A stretch of DNA of 63,490 nucleotides, filler included, from Octopus bimaculoides (GCF_001194135.2; 6 parts of 6 records of this genome joined end to end with filler, not necessarily neighbours in it), one strand, 5' to 3'. Positions 36,906 to 51,544 are shown, counted from the first letter of the whole stretch. Made by a program: numbers and translations. Notes: generated by a model from the sequence alone, not told the origin.

Positions 36906-38457
36906 TCTCTTCTGAAAGTAGCTGCTCTTGTTCCAAAATTAGAAAGAATTATATTATGTTTTAGATTTTGTTGCAGTTTTTGCTGTTATTTTTCTATTTT
37001 TTAAAAATTGTATTATCCATTTTTTTATTCGACCACTCCTCGCATAATGCATTGTATTCTATGTAAAGTCAGGTAAACTTCGTTTAACTTAATTAATATA
37101 NNNNNNNNNNNNNNNNNNNNNNNNNNNNNNNNNNNNNNNNNNNNNNNNNNNNNNNNNNNNNNNNNNNNNNNNNNNNNNNNNNNNNNNNNNNNNNNNNNNN
37201 NNNNNNNNNNNNNNNNNNNNNNNNNNNNNNNNNNNNNNNNNNNNNNNNNNNNNNNNNNNNNNNNNNNNNNNNNNNNNNNNNNNNNNNNNNNNNNNNNNNN
37301 NNNNNNNNNNNNNNNNNNNNNNNNNNNNNNNNNNNNNNNNNNNNNNNNNNNNNNNNNNNNNNNNNNNNNNNNNNNNNNNNNNNNNNNNNNNNNNNNNNNN
37401 NNNNNNNNNNNNNNNNNNNNNNNNNNNNNNNNNNNNNNNNNNNNNNNNNNNNNNNNNNNNNNNNNNNNNNNNNNNNNNNNNNNNNNNNNNNNNNNNNNNN
37501 NNNNNNNNNNNNNNNNNNNNNNNNNNNNNNNNNNNNNNNNNNNNNNNNNNNNNNNNNNNNNNNNNNNNNNNNNNNNNNNNNNNNNNNNNNNNNNNNNNNN
37601 NNNNNNNNNNNNNNNNNNNNNNNNNNNNNNNNNNNNNNNNNNNNNNNNNNNNNNNNNNNNNNNNNNNNNNNNNNNNNNNNNNNNNNNNNNNNNNNNNNNN
37701 NNNNNNNNNNNNNNNNNNNNNNNNNNNNNNNNNNNNNNNNNNNNNNNNNNNNNNNNNNNNNNNNNNNNNNNNNNNNNNNNNNNNNNNNNNNNNNNNNNNN
37801 NNNNNNNNNNNNNNNNNNNNNNNNNNNNNNNNNNNNNNNNNNNNNNNNNNNNNNNNNNNNNNNNNNNNNNNNNNNNNNNNNNNNNNNNNNNNNNNNNNNN
37901 NNNNNNNNNNNNNNNNNNNNNNNNNNNNNNNNNNNNNNNNNNNNGGGGAACAAAAAGGAAAAAAAAAGATGAACAAATTAAACGAAACAAAAAGGGGAAA
38001 ACAAACATGCAAAGACAGAAAGCGAAGAAATGATCTAAACAAATAAATAAACAAAGCTCATCCCTTCGTGATAAAACAAATAAAAAATGAACAAAAAAAA
38101 CAAAAAACAAATGCGCAGTTACATATATAAACACATATATATAGATACACACACCCATACATGCATACACGCATACTCTAATACACGCATACTCTAATAC
38201 ACGCATACTCTAATACACGCATACTCTAATACACGTATACACGCTCAACTCCACAAGCGTACAAAGAGGTAAACAGATACCATTCATTCAGATACTTAAT
38301 TCAGACACATACTCTTGATACTTAATTCAGACACATACACGCATAAATATGCTCAGACACAAACATCCATACCCATACACATATTCACAAGCAAACAGAG
38401 ACGAAGAGGTATATACGTGCACACGCACAAAGACACATACACACATGCATGCACACA

Positions 38458-38529
<72 letters not shown>

Positions 38530-38619
38530 NNNNNNNNNNAACGTACGTGCGACACAACACAGAGAGCCAGCGACCGCAAGAACTATAATTACATTACAAT
38601 ATTACCATTATTATTATTA

Positions 38620-38701
<82 letters not shown>

Positions 38702-38777
38702 TATTATTATTAGTTGCAGTAATTAATAATGATAATACAACGCCCCAATAATGAAGAGAATAATGATAATAATAATG

Positions 38778-38845
<68 letters not shown>

Positions 38846-39107
38846 TGTTGTTATTGAAATAATAATAATAATGATTATTAATGTTATTAAAATAATTATT
38901 AACAATAATAGACGGAATGAAAGTACAATGGAAGACGCGCCAGAGAGGAACGAACTAAATAGTGAGTGATGTGTCTTCAGTATTTCACAACAACGACGCA
39001 ATGGAGATTTAAGTTGGGGGGTACTGTAGTAACAACAAGAACAACAATAACTGCAACGATGCCGACGACGACGACGATGACACAAATAACAACAGCAACA
39101 AGCCAGA

Positions 39108-39160
<53 letters not shown>

Positions 39161-39544
39161 AGGATACTAATAGCAATGAAGTAATAATATCAAAAGAGAG
39201 TTCATTGAAAATGGCTGCCATTGGTATGATTGTTCGATGTTCCTGGTGAGTGACTGTTCAATTAAGAAAAAATATGGATGAAAGAGCAAAAAAAAAAAAA
39301 CGAAGAAGAAAAAATGGCAACAACACATGCAGACAGAATGTGCATAAAACTCTCGTCTTATATGCATCACCCATTATGTAAAGCAGTGGGTGTGTATGTA
39401 TGTATGTATATATGTGTGTGTGCGTGTGCGTGTGTGTATGCATGTATGTTTGTTTATATGCACGCATGTGTGTGTGAGTGTTTTATGTATGTATTCTCAT
39501 GCATATAGTTGTCTATCTAGACATGCTCATATATATTTAAATGT

Positions 39545-39900
39545 TAAACTTCTAGAAAGTTTTTCAGATTTTTTACAGTTCCAGTGATGGATTGGATCTG
39601 TAGTCTTCGAATTAGCTTTCTCCTTTCTGGTTTTGAGAAGCCGAATTTCTCAAGGCTGGTATTTAGGCAGTGTGTTACATATCCCAGTAATTACAGATAT
39701 AAACCTGAACTTGTAATCTGGATAGAGTAACTGCAGATTTCTCAATAGTTCAGCATAGGCGCACTCTTTTTCACTGATCTTCAGCTTTATGTTAACATCC
39801 GCTGGGCAGCTAATTTCCACAACTGTGCACAGTTTCTCTTCTCTATCCCAAATCATTATATCAGGTCGGTTGTGCTTACATTTTATTGAGGTCGTCACTG
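39545..39900 (-). mobile_element. REL-endonuclease non-LTR retrotransposon C-terminus (R4/NeSL-type)
   Basis: KCKHNRPDIMIWDREEKLCTVVEISCPADVNIKLKISEKECAYAELLRNLQLLYPDYKFRFISVITG contains the PD-(D/E)xK restriction-like endonuclease motif. Confidence 0.9.
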
Positions 39901-40029
39901 CATACATGTATATACATATGTATATATGTATGTATGCATGCTTATTCTTTTCGACCTTTAACTTAACAGTTAATTTTGACTAGCCACTTGCTTGGTAAGA
40001 AAATAGTGACAGGAAACAGATTTTTATTG

Positions 40030-40200
40030 CACCGGATATCGCTATCTTTTGTAACATATGAATTAAAGATTTGCGCTCTCTCCTCAAGAATCCAAGTTAT
40101 CCCATACTTTGCTCCAGGAGGAGCGTTGATATATATCCTCTTACCCCAATAATAATAGGTATGAATCTGAAAATTTATCTTGGGTACTGGATTTGAAAAA
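40030..40200 (-). mobile_element. Older copy of the same REL-type C-terminus
   Basis: QIQYPR*IFRFIPIIIGVRGYI..LGFLRRERKSLIHMLQKIAISGAIKIC. Confidence 0.75.
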
Positions 40201-41579
40201 TGCTTATCAGTAGTCTATGGGTATCCTCTTCTGTATTTTTCTGACCACATTAGTGTGAATGGGGCCGCTGATTTTTCATACATATAAACGATGACCTGTA
40301 TATTTATTCTTAATGTGTTCAAGCACAAATATGCTAGTAGCTGTTATATTAGTTACAGGAGAGCTTGTTCTTTTTACCACGTTCAATTCCTGACGGGCCA
40401 TACAACTGAACGAAATATATTTTGTTGGGCTCGCGGTTATGTGTTACGCTTAATCACTCTCAGACTTATAATTTTGAATTCTTTCCCTAGCATATTGCTA
40501 TGAACTTGTTATTCCTCCAAAATCATATATATATACACACGCTTACGTGCAAATACCAATATTCACGCATATACTCATTGTAAATCAACCAATTAATAAA
40601 ACAACTAATAAAATATTAACTAGTTAATTCATGATATTAAGCACACTGTGCGTGCGTGTGTGTACCAGCATGAGGTACACACGTCTGTATGCTTGTTTGT
40701 GTACACGTGTATATGTGTGCATGATTGCGTGTGCGTGTGGGGTGGTTACGATGGCGTATCTGAGTGCATAGGTGTGTGTGTGCTCTTGTATGTGTATATC
40801 TAACAAAGGCTGGGCGAATAACTATGGAAGCCTTTTCAGGTGACTATACAAGTAGATAGATATATTGCTAGTCATCGTCGCCGTCGCAGTCATCGTCGTG
40901 GTCGTCCGTCAGCATCATCGTTGTCATCGTCATCATCGTCGTCATCATCATCATCATCACCATTTTCAGAGTTTATCACATACAGACACACACGCGCTCG
41001 CATATATGTAGAATGTACGGTATATATAAATATAACTCACACTCAACATACACCTGTGTATGTATGTGTATATATGTGTTTATATATATATATATATATA
41101 TATATATNNNNNNNNNNNNNNNNNNNNNNNNNNNNNNNNNNNNNNNNNNNNNNNNNNNNNNNNNNNNNNNNNNNNNNNNNNNNNNNNNNNNNNNNNNNNN
41201 NNNNNNNNNNNNNNNNNNNNNNNNNNNNNNNNNNNNNNNNNNNNNNNNNNNNNNNNNNNNNNNNNNNNNNNNNNNNNNNNNNNNNNNNNNNNNNNNNNNN
41301 NNNNNNNNNNNNNNNNNNNNNNNNNNNNNNNNNNNNNNNNNNNNNNNNNNNNNNNNNNNNNNNNNNNNNNNNNNNNNNNNNNNNNNNNNNNNNNNNNNNN
41401 NNNNNNNNNNNNNNNNNNNNNNNNNNNNNNNNNNNNNNNNNNNNNNNNNNNNNNNNNNNNNTACATGCATAAATACATCGACACGCATAGCGAGTTATGC
41501 ATGCAAAAGTTTGACATCCGCCACACCCACGATATAATTGAAAATTTGTACAGCCGCCGGAAAATTCCTTTTTCATCAG

Positions 41580-41642
41580 GTTTCAAGTGAGAGAGTAGCG
41601 AAACGCCGAGGGACTTTTCTCCATTTCTTTCTTACAATGAAG
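41580..41642 (+). CDS. Candidate 63-nt exon (VSSERVAKRRGTFLHFFLTMK)
   Basis: Acceptor attcctttttcatcAG, donor aag|GTGAGC. Only frame 0 is open. Confidence 0.3.
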
Positions 41643-42173
41643 GTGAGCAGAGCAATACAAGATTGCTTATGTCGCAAACAAGATGGCGACTACGACAATA
41701 TTCACTACTGTTAAGTCCCATGGAGCAATGCAATATCGTAAATTGAATTAAATTTGGGGGTTTTCAGTGCGCAAATCATACATAAAATCATGACATTCGT
41801 TTTATCGTTTGAATTTTTGGTGTGTTATTTTTTGTTAATATATATATATATTCGTGTTTGTTTGATTTGTATGTCATGTGTGTATGTGCGTGTGCGTGTG
41901 CGTGCGTGTGTGTGTGCGCGCTCGCGTGCGGGTGTGTATGTGTATATGTGTGTGTGTGTGTGTGTGCAAGAGTATACTTATGCATATTATATGCATGGGT
42001 GTGTGGTTTAGCACGATGTATAGCATTACGTGCGCGTGCAAAATAATTCAAGTGTATGTACGTTTGTTTGTGCGTGTGTATATATGCATATACATACATG
42101 AATACACGTATGCAGCTAGCTATGTATATTTACTAACACATACCTATTGCTCTTAGGTATACATACATACACG

Positions 42174-42209
<36 letters not shown>

Positions 42210-42260
42210 TAAACGCACAGATACTTATGTACAGGTATATAAATCTGTGTGTATGTATAC

Positions 42261-42305
<45 letters not shown>

Positions 42306-42734
42306 NNNNNNNNNNNNNNNNNNNNNNNNNNNNNNNNNNNNNNNNNNNNNNNNNNNNNNNNNNNNNNNNNNNNNNNNNNNNNNNNNNNNNNNNNNNNNNN
42401 NNNNNNNNNNNNNNNNNNNNNNNNNNNNNNNNNNNNNNNNNNNNNNNNNNNNNNNNNNNNNNNNNNNNNNNNNNNNNNNNNNNNNNNNNNNNNNNNNNNN
42501 NNNNNNNNNNNNNNNNNNNNNNNNNNNNNNNNNNNNNNNNNNNNNNNNNNNNNNNNNNNNNNNNNNNNNNNNNNNNNNNNNNNNNNNNNNNNNNNNNNNN
42601 NNNNNNNNNNNNNNNNNNNNNNNNNNNNNNNNNNNNNNNNNNNNNNNNNNNNNNNNNNNNNNNNNNNNNNNNNNNNNNNNNNNNNNNNNNNNNNNNNNNN
42701 NNNNNNNNNNNNNNNNNNNNNNNNNNNNNNNNNN

Positions 42735-42782
<48 letters not shown>

Positions 42783-43206
42783 AGTGTGTGTGTGTATACA
42801 CACACACACTAATACACACACACACACACATATATATATATAGTGTCAATTGATTATCTGAGTACCAGGGCACAGTTCATGCATACAATTATCATATATT
42901 CATTCGTCTTTGTGCTCGGTTCATGCATATGTGTATGTTACGTGATTACAAAGGCACACACGCGTGCGCAAACGCATAGAAAGACACACTCACATATATA
43001 CACCTAAATATATTAAAAAAAAACCATCTGTAGGTATTATTTAATTATATATATATATACACACCTCAAGTGAAGATTAACTGAAAATGTAATCAAAATC
43101 GCCTGTATATATTGACAGTATGAAGTACAATAATAATATAACAGCGGAAATATCCATCTGTACGTGTAGCCACAACAACGACAACGACGACAACAACAAC
43201 AAAAAT

Positions 43207-43252
<46 letters not shown>

Positions 43253-43595
43253 CAATACAGGTAAAATCACTTCAACGTAATGGAAAACAGCTTCGCGAAT
43301 TTTAGTTCTCTTATACCGCATAGATGTATAGAAATTTGTTCTCTATACCGCATGGATGTAGAGAAATTTGTTCTCTATATAAATTTGTAAACGGAAGCTG
43401 TGGGAGATGGGAGAAGGAATTAATTTCCCGAGTGGAACAGGTTCTAAAACTTATAGAATGAAATTAGCGTAAAAGTTTTCAGTATCAATATCGCTTCTAG
43501 AAAACTAGGTGACAAAATTTATAGCTTTGATCGTTATTGCCTGATTGTATGTCCGTCTTTATGTATGTATGTATGTATGTATGTATGTATGTATG

Positions 43596-43626
<31 letters not shown>

Positions 43627-43689
43627 GTGCGTATGTATGTATGTTTACATGTATGTATGTGCCTATGTATCTGTGTATATATGTGTGCA

Positions 43690-43721
<32 letters not shown>

Positions 43722-43734
43722 GTTATACATATAC

Positions 43735-44085
43735 AACCGCATGGTTCTGGGTTCATTATATATATAACCACATGGTTCTGGGTTCATTCCCACTGCGTGG
43801 CACCTTAGGCAAGTTTCTTCTACTATAGTCTCGGGCCGACCAAAGCCTTGTGAGTGGAATTGGTAGACGGAAAACTGAAAGAAGCCCGTCCGTATATATA
43901 TATATATATAATGATAATAATAATAATAATAATAATATTAATGATAATAATAGTAGGGAATATAATCCAAAACCTACAGGGAAAAATTCAATTGAGCAAT
44001 TCTAAATCAAATTTTACAATATATAATATATATACGGCGGTGCATCAGCATGGCCGCAGCTCTAAGCTGAAACTATAATAAAAAA
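43735..44085 (+). mobile_element. Family-A SINE with duplicated head, interrupted by AT-rich tracts
   Basis: catggttctgggttcatt occurs twice. Body ccgaccaaagccttgtgagtgg..gaaagaagcccgtc. Tail ggcggtgcatcagcatggccgcagctc at ~44037. Confidence 0.8.
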
Positions 44086-44921
44086 AGAAAAAAATATATA
44101 TATGATTTAGAGAAAAGCCTCTATTAAACAAGTCAATAATGAAAAACTTAATTCATACCATCGAGAAAAATAAATATACTATAAAAAACTTATCCTAAAA
44201 CTCAGTAAAGTACATATTGATTTTTAGAATAAGTTTTTTATAATATATATATTTTTCTTGACGGTATGAATTAAATTTTTCNNNNNNNNNNNNNNNNNNN
44301 NNNNNNNNNNNNNNNNNNNNNNNNNTTAATTAATTAANNNNNNNNNNNNNNNNNNNNNNNNNNNNNNNNNNNNNNNNNNNNACACACACACACACACACA
44401 AAGTTGCAAGCAGGCATACGCAAGTACACACATACACACACACAAAGCTACAGGCAAATACACGGAAACACTTACCGCGAGCATACAAAACCGCACACAG
44501 GTACATGGAAACATACAAACGCACACATACACACAACAGGCACACACTAGCACATGTTCAAACATAAGCACAGACTCAAGCACACCTAACAGTACATGAG
44601 TTGAAGTCACACTTGTGAAATGTACTTTAAGTACGAGTTAAGTTGCAGGCAGGTAGAGCTTAGTGCACTAAAAGACCGTACATTAAAACTATTCTGTATT
44701 CCAAGTAAGACCGGAACAGAGCAGGAAAATAAAAATGGTTGATTTTTGGCAAGATCAGTGTGTTAGGGTTCCCTGTCTAGTTATTCTATCTTTCCTTTCC
44801 TCCCCAGCCTCTCTCTCTCACTCACTCTCTCCCTCTCTTTGAGTATAGATATACACATACATGCGTGTGTGTGTGTGTGTGTCTGTGTTTATGCCTCGAC
44901 GGCAACAGCGATATGTGTGTT

Positions 44922-44964
<43 letters not shown>

Positions 44965-45362
44965 GCCATATATATATATGCTGCTTTTCAGCACCTGTTT
45001 GCTTTCACCATCCATCAATTCTTTGTTTTCGTCACACTCACTGATTCACACTTGCTCATATACACACTCCACCTTCTCCCTCTTTCTCTCTTTCTCCCTC
45101 TTTCTCTCCTACTATTTTCTCTAGATTATTGTCTCACACACGGGTACTACCCTACATGCACACACATTCAAACACCCACATTCAGTCACATATACATGTG
45201 TATGTTTGTATGTATGTATGTATATGTATATATGCGTATGTTTATACGTATATATGTATATATCATGAACTCTTCCGTCGTTAAGTGACGTATGAGAGTT
45301 CTGCAATTTCTTGCTGTACGACTACACGCATGATTTGTGCTTATATATATATAGAGAGAGAG

Positions 45363-45468
<106 letters not shown>

Positions 45469-46751
45469 TCACACTCTGACACGGACAATCATACTTTCAG
45501 ATACTCATACACACTTCTAATCTTAATCCCCTAAACACCCGACAAAAAAGAAAATTTCGATTAAATTTTGTTGTATACGTCATTCACTACAAACCCCTTT
45601 TACTTGTTCATGCTATTGATCAATTTGATTTATTTCCCTTGGCTCATTTTATTTTCTTTAAATTATGCACATGAGTATTGGTAAAAGAACCCTTCGTTAA
45701 TCTTTTTCTACATGGAAATTTCTGTCATTGCTGTTAGTCGAATCGTTGGTGCGTCAAACAAATGCTCTGCCGCATCTGTTCCGATTGCTATCCTTCTTTG
45801 TTCAACTCCTGCCGAGTCCAGTTATGTCTTTCATCCTTCTGAAGTCGATAAATTAAAGTAAGAATCAAATGTTGGAGTCAATCTCTCTCTCTCTCTCTCT
45901 TTCTTTCTCTCTCTCTCCCTCTCTCTCTCCCCCTCTCTCTCTCTCTCACTGCCATTCTATGTCTTAATCCTCTCTCTCTTCGTTCTTTTTCTCTCATTTC
46001 TTTATCTTCTTCTCTCTTACATTCTCTCACTTGCTCTCGCTCTCTTTCTCTTACTTTGTCTCTTTCTCCTTTCTCTCTGTCCCATTCTAAATCATTTTTG
46101 TCCCTTTTTCACTCTCTTCTCTCTCTCTTTCTCTCCCGGTCTCTTTCTTTCTCTCTCTCTCTCTCTCATCCTCTATTTCTCTACACAGTCAGGAGACCAC
46201 AGGGAACAACTCATAATATTTCTGTTATACAAGACAATTACTTCCGCTGTTTAACAGTCGGAGAATAGGCCACTGTGTCTTTGGTAAAATATGGCACATT
46301 ACAAGAATGAAAATTCCTTAAACGGATCGACGCAGGCTTGCTTAGATGACATTATACTGACAAGTTCTAATAGTACCAAAACAGCTCCATAGATTCTCTC
46401 TTGCATGTATCTACACACTGTTTAACCAACCCAAGAACATTATTCATAACTTAGTTTTAAATATTTCACATGCATTCAGAATTTTTCGCCAGCAAACATT
46501 CATAAATTCTTATGAGAACTACAATGATGTTTTACATATGTTTAAAATACGACAAGAACTGTAACCCATACAAGCTGGAAAAGGAAATTATCTGATACAG
46601 TCCTCCTTTCAATTTAACACTCTCTACCGTAATTTCATCTAATTATCTTCGCCTTACTTCCATCCACAAAACGTGCGTACGTGTGTGTGTGTGTGTGTGT
46701 GTGTGTTTATATCAAAGGCTGACAGTTTTCTCTGAGCTTTCTCTGATTTAG

Positions 46752-46907
46752 GCTATTCACGATGGTTGTGAACAGCCAAATCCGAGACGAAACCCTGAAC
46801 AGGTTGTCAACTTTTCACATAATAAATATATCTATTTACGCTACCCAATACACTATATGTATATATGTTTAAGCCTGATAATTTTTCTTTTAATGTTCTT
46901 CCTACAG
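46752..46907 (+). CDS. Candidate 156-nt exon with hydrophobic C-terminal segment
   Basis: Pyrimidine-rich acceptor ttttctctgagctttctctgatttAG and donor cag|GTAAGA. Frame 0 is open: AIHDGCEQPNPRRNPEQVVNFSHNKYIYLRYPIHYMYICLSLIIFLLMFFLQ. Confidence 0.35.
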
Positions 46908-47043
46908 GTAAGATGAATTTTTTTATGTTTGCCACCCGCAAATACCTTTGCCAGTATATATATACAGTGAAGCTTTACTATAGCGTCGTATATTATCGAC
47001 TGTTATTTCCAGTAAATATTGGTGCATTGTTATACCACTATTC

Positions 47044-47085
<42 letters not shown>

Positions 47086-47502
47086 CCTGATACTTATTTT
47101 TATATTGAACCTTATCGTGAACTGTTTGCATAAAAAAGCATTTTGTGTTTTGTGTGTGTGTGTGTGTGTGTACCATTCAAACCGTGGTCGATTTATCTAA
47201 GTCGGTTATAAATCTACCTGCCTACAATGGCCAACTGTGGCTTGGGTAGGGATATTCGCGTGATCGGTAGACTATCACTGGTCATTGGCACTTAGACAAT
47301 TGCTAAGATCGATATAATCGATTCAGTATCCCTACCCACGCCTTATTGTGGTCTTGTGCTTATTTCTGATATTGTTATTACTGTAGTTTCTTTTTCTTTT
47401 CATTAGTGCTTGATTTTGTTAATGAGATTTTCGCTGCCACCACTGTTACTCTTTTGTCTTTGTTCCTGTGATCTTAGTAGTAGTAGCAGCAGCAGCAGCA
47501 AC

Positions 47503-47581
<79 letters not shown>

Positions 47582-47999
47582 ATGGTCGTGGTATAGAAAC
47601 GATTAAATGGTGGACAATGATTTGAAAACTTCAGCAACATCTCTCGGCATTCTAAGATCAAAATCACCAAGGCTCGTCTTTGCTTCCCATCCATTGCGGG
47701 TGGAAAAAAATAATAAGTACCACTATAACCCGACCCTTAGGCATGTGGCCTTGGGCTTGTATTGATTTTTTAATTTTGGTACTAGACCAGCAATTTCGGG
47801 GAAGGAGGTAAGTCGATTACATCGACCCAGTATTCAACAACTACAACAACAGTTGTTTTTCTGCCCCAATTTACACCGTTGAACCTGTTGTAGATGTTGC
47901 TGTTGTTGTTACTACTGTAATGGTGGGAGTCGATTCGCTAAATTGTTATTACTGTTGTTGCTGTTGGTTACATTGTCTTAATTAATATTATTCCTATAT

Positions 48000-48645
48000 A
48001 AGGCGGCGAGCTAGTAGAAGCGTTAGCACGCTGGGCGAAATGCTTAGGGGTGTTTCGTCTGACATAACTTTATGTTCTGACTTCAAATTCTGCCAAGGTC
48101 GACTTTGCCTTTCATCCTTTCGGAGTTGATTAAGTAAGTACCAGTTACGCACTGTGGTCGATATAATCGACTTGATCCGTTTGTCTGTTCTTGTTTATCT
48201 CTTCTGTGTGTAGCCCCTTGCGGGCAGTAAAGAAATACGAAACGTTAGCACCCCGGGCGAAATGCTTAGCGGTGTTTCGTCTGCCGTTACGTTCTGAGTT
48301 CAAATTCCGCTGAGGTCGACTTCACTTTTCATCCTTTCGGGGTCGATAAATTAAGTACCAGTTGCGTACTGGGGTCGATCTTATCGACTGGCACCCTCCT
48401 CAAAAATTCCAGGCCTTGTGCCTAGAGTAGAAAAGAATATTATTCCTATATTTTTAAGCTGGCAAAATCGTCAACACGCCGGACAAAATGTTTAGCGGCA
48501 TTTCGTCTGTCTTTACTTTCTGAATTCAAATTCCGCCTAGATCGACTTTGCCTTTCATCCTTTCGGAATCNNNNNNNNNNNNNNCGTACTGGGGTCGATG
48601 TAATCGATCAGCACCCTACTCCAAAATCTTAGGCCTTGTGCCTTT
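48000..48645 (+). mobile_element. Three head-to-tail family-B (MetaSINE-like) copies
   Basis: Repeated gttagcac.ccgggcgaaatgcttag..gagttcaaattccgc..ggtcgact..cctttcatcctttcgg at ~48000, ~48240 and ~48457. Confidence 0.9.
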
Positions 48646-48744
48646 AGTTGTAATTATTATCATTTATTAAAGCCATTGTCAGGGATTTAAAATGGTGTCG
48701 CTGTTTCTATTGGTGTCGATGTTGCTGTTGACGACGACGACGAC

Positions 48745-48775
<31 letters not shown>

Positions 48776-48938
48776 CTGAAGCTACTACAGTTGCTATTTC
48801 TGTTGTTGTTGTGGTAGTCGTCGTTGTTTGTTGTGTTCTAATTTCTGTGCTCTTTGTTGATTTGATTTTGTCGTTATTATTGCCACCAATTTTGCGATAA
48901 TTCAAATTGTTGCTGCCATTGCTATTGTTGTCATTGCT

Positions 48939-48984
<46 letters not shown>

Positions 48985-49597
48985 ATAATGAAATAAAGAG
49001 TCTCTCCCAGTTCCTTTACACTTTACACAAAAATACAGTAACTCTTCTATTGTTTGTAACTCAGTCTGCCTATTTTCTTTCCCTGTTTTGTTGCCTTCCA
49101 TCTTTTCCTTTTCTCTTTATTTATCATTCCATATTTCCCTTGTTTGTTTAGTTGCATTGTTTTGCCTTTTGAAGGGCTTTTTTTTTTTGCTTGTTTTTTT
49201 TTTTCTGTTTTTCTTTCCCCCAGTTAAAACTGTCCAGTTTAATCAAGATTGACCTCGATATGGAATAATTGATATTTTTGGGTAAATGATTCCGACTGAA
49301 AAAACGGAAAAGAGGCGGGAGAACATGTATGTGTGCGTGTATGTGTGTGGGGGGGTGGGGGCTGTGCATGTGTGTACATGTATGCATGTATGTATACACG
49401 TGTATGTATGCATATATATGTTTGTACATATGTACATTCAGACATGCATATATTTATGTATATCTGTGTATGTGTGTGTATATATACACACACGCCTNNN
49501 NNNNNNNNNNNNNNNNNNNNNNNNNNNNNNNNNNNNNNNNNTTAATTAATTAANNNNNNNNNNNNNNNNNNNNNNNNNNNNNNNNNNNNNNNNNNNN

Positions 49598-49637
<40 letters not shown>

Positions 49638-49640
49638 TTA

Positions 49641-49672
<32 letters not shown>

Positions 49673-50190
49673 TGTTCATGCTTGGGAGTTACATGTGCAC
49701 GTGTTTGTGTGTGTTTGTGTGTGTGTGTGTGAGAAAGAGAGAGAGAGAGTGTGTGTGTGTGCACATGCCTGAGAGTGTGTGAGTGTGCATGTGTGTGTGC
49801 ATACCTGGGAGTGTGTGTGTGTGAAAGAGAGATTGTATGTATCTGCATGTGTGTATGCATACCTGGGAGTGTATGAGTCTGTGTGTGTGTGTGTGTGTGT
49901 TTGTGTGTGCATATCTGGGAGTGTGACTCTGTGTGTGTGGGAGAGTGTGTGTGTGTGTGTGCGTGGGAGTGTGTGTGTATGTGTGTGTGTGTGTGTATGT
50001 CTAAGAGTGAGAGTGTTTGCTTCTCCATGTCTCGTCATAGTGTAATTGCTGTAAATGGTTCATAAAACAATTAACAAAAGCATGTTGTATGGCCACCAAA
50101 TCATGCTCACTTGTTAGTGACAGCTGTGGATTTGGCAGACAGACACTGAAAGAAGCCCACCATATATATATGTGTATGTGTGAGCCCATG

Positions 50191-50225
<35 letters not shown>

Positions 50226-51544
50226 ATGTGTGAATGTTTACGTCTCCTTGTCTTGACATTGCACTATTTGCTTTAATTGCTACATGAAGCAATCATGGAA
50301 AAGCATGTATGCCGCATGCAAGCATGTCACGTTCAGTTGTGAGAGACGGCCATGATCGATTTGTTTGTTTTGTTTTGTTCTCTGGGTATATTTTTCTAGT
50401 TTTTTTTTGTTTTTTTTTTTAATATTTGGTGCCTACAACTCAAGGATACTTGAAATTAAAAGTAAGTACAACAAAATGACCTTGTTTAGGAATACAACAA
50501 AACACTGGCAACTGTTTTGAACTCACAACCATGATCTGATTTGCTTCAATAACAACTTCATCCTTTTGGCCACTTTAACACTAAGTATGTATTCACATGT
50601 GGGTAAATATACGCATGAGTATAATAACAACAGTGTTACACAAAATACACCCATACTTGCTGTCTATTTAAAATTTTCTGCACTATTTACTTGCACAAGA
50701 TATTATTTACAGTCAATGTATAACTAAACCAGTTTTTAAAAAATCTCCTATTTTTCTACAATTAAAGCTATTGGTGAATTAATTTAAAATTTCTGGACTA
50801 TTAACTTCATCTTCCAAAACCAGTCAAATGAATAGAGAATACCTGAAGATAATGATGATTGAAATCAGGAAAAAGGCAAAAGAGAAAAACATGGAAGACA
50901 AGCCGTGGTTAATAGTCTGGAAGTTTTAAATTACTATTGAACAAACTGACATTTAATGAAATGACATTTATATCATACAGTGGTTGTAGAAATATTTAAA
51001 TCTACTTTATTGTATAACCTTGGATTTGTTCTGATGGTTCTGGTTATGTTACTGATGCGTGAACTTTAGTTTTAATTGAATATAAGCATATGATTTGTAT
51101 GTGTAGCGAAGGCATGTGGCTTAGTCTTTAGGGGTATAGATGGTTGTTGTCTCAAGAGGTGAAATCATCTAGTGATGACTCCGTTCAGAAAGCTGTAACG
51201 TCTCATTCGATAAAGGAACAGTGTACAATGAATTCATAGAACCAAGCTGTAACTTTTAAATACCTTTACTTTAGATTACAAATGTATACACAAGCTGAAT
51301 AATCATGGAGTGTTTACAAGTGAAGGCCATGTTCATCTTCTGTGTATTTGGCTCATATCTGCTCTATGTCTGCTAGCTGTCATGTGTGTGTGTGTGTGTA
51401 CAAGAGCTTAGCAAGGTCATGTCCTCATGCTCTGGCGTCACGATGACAAAGCGGAAGGGCTGAGTGTCGGAATCTTAGAGTTATGTGTGCCGAGCTATTC
51501 AGGCAGCCACCGTCAAGGGAGGTAACAGCGCCTACAGGATTCTC

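Noticed and set aside
37025-38206. Long ORFs spanning N gaps (also at 5.4, 6.7, 21.4, 26.7, 41, 42, 53.5 and 55.4 kb)
   Set aside because: Length comes from X residues, not from coding evidence.
43305-43380. 32-bp tandem duplication
   Set aside because: Ordinary slippage duplication with no further structure.
51170-51260. C/D snoRNA (gtgatga box C)
   Set aside because: No box D (CTGA) or terminal stem at a suitable distance.
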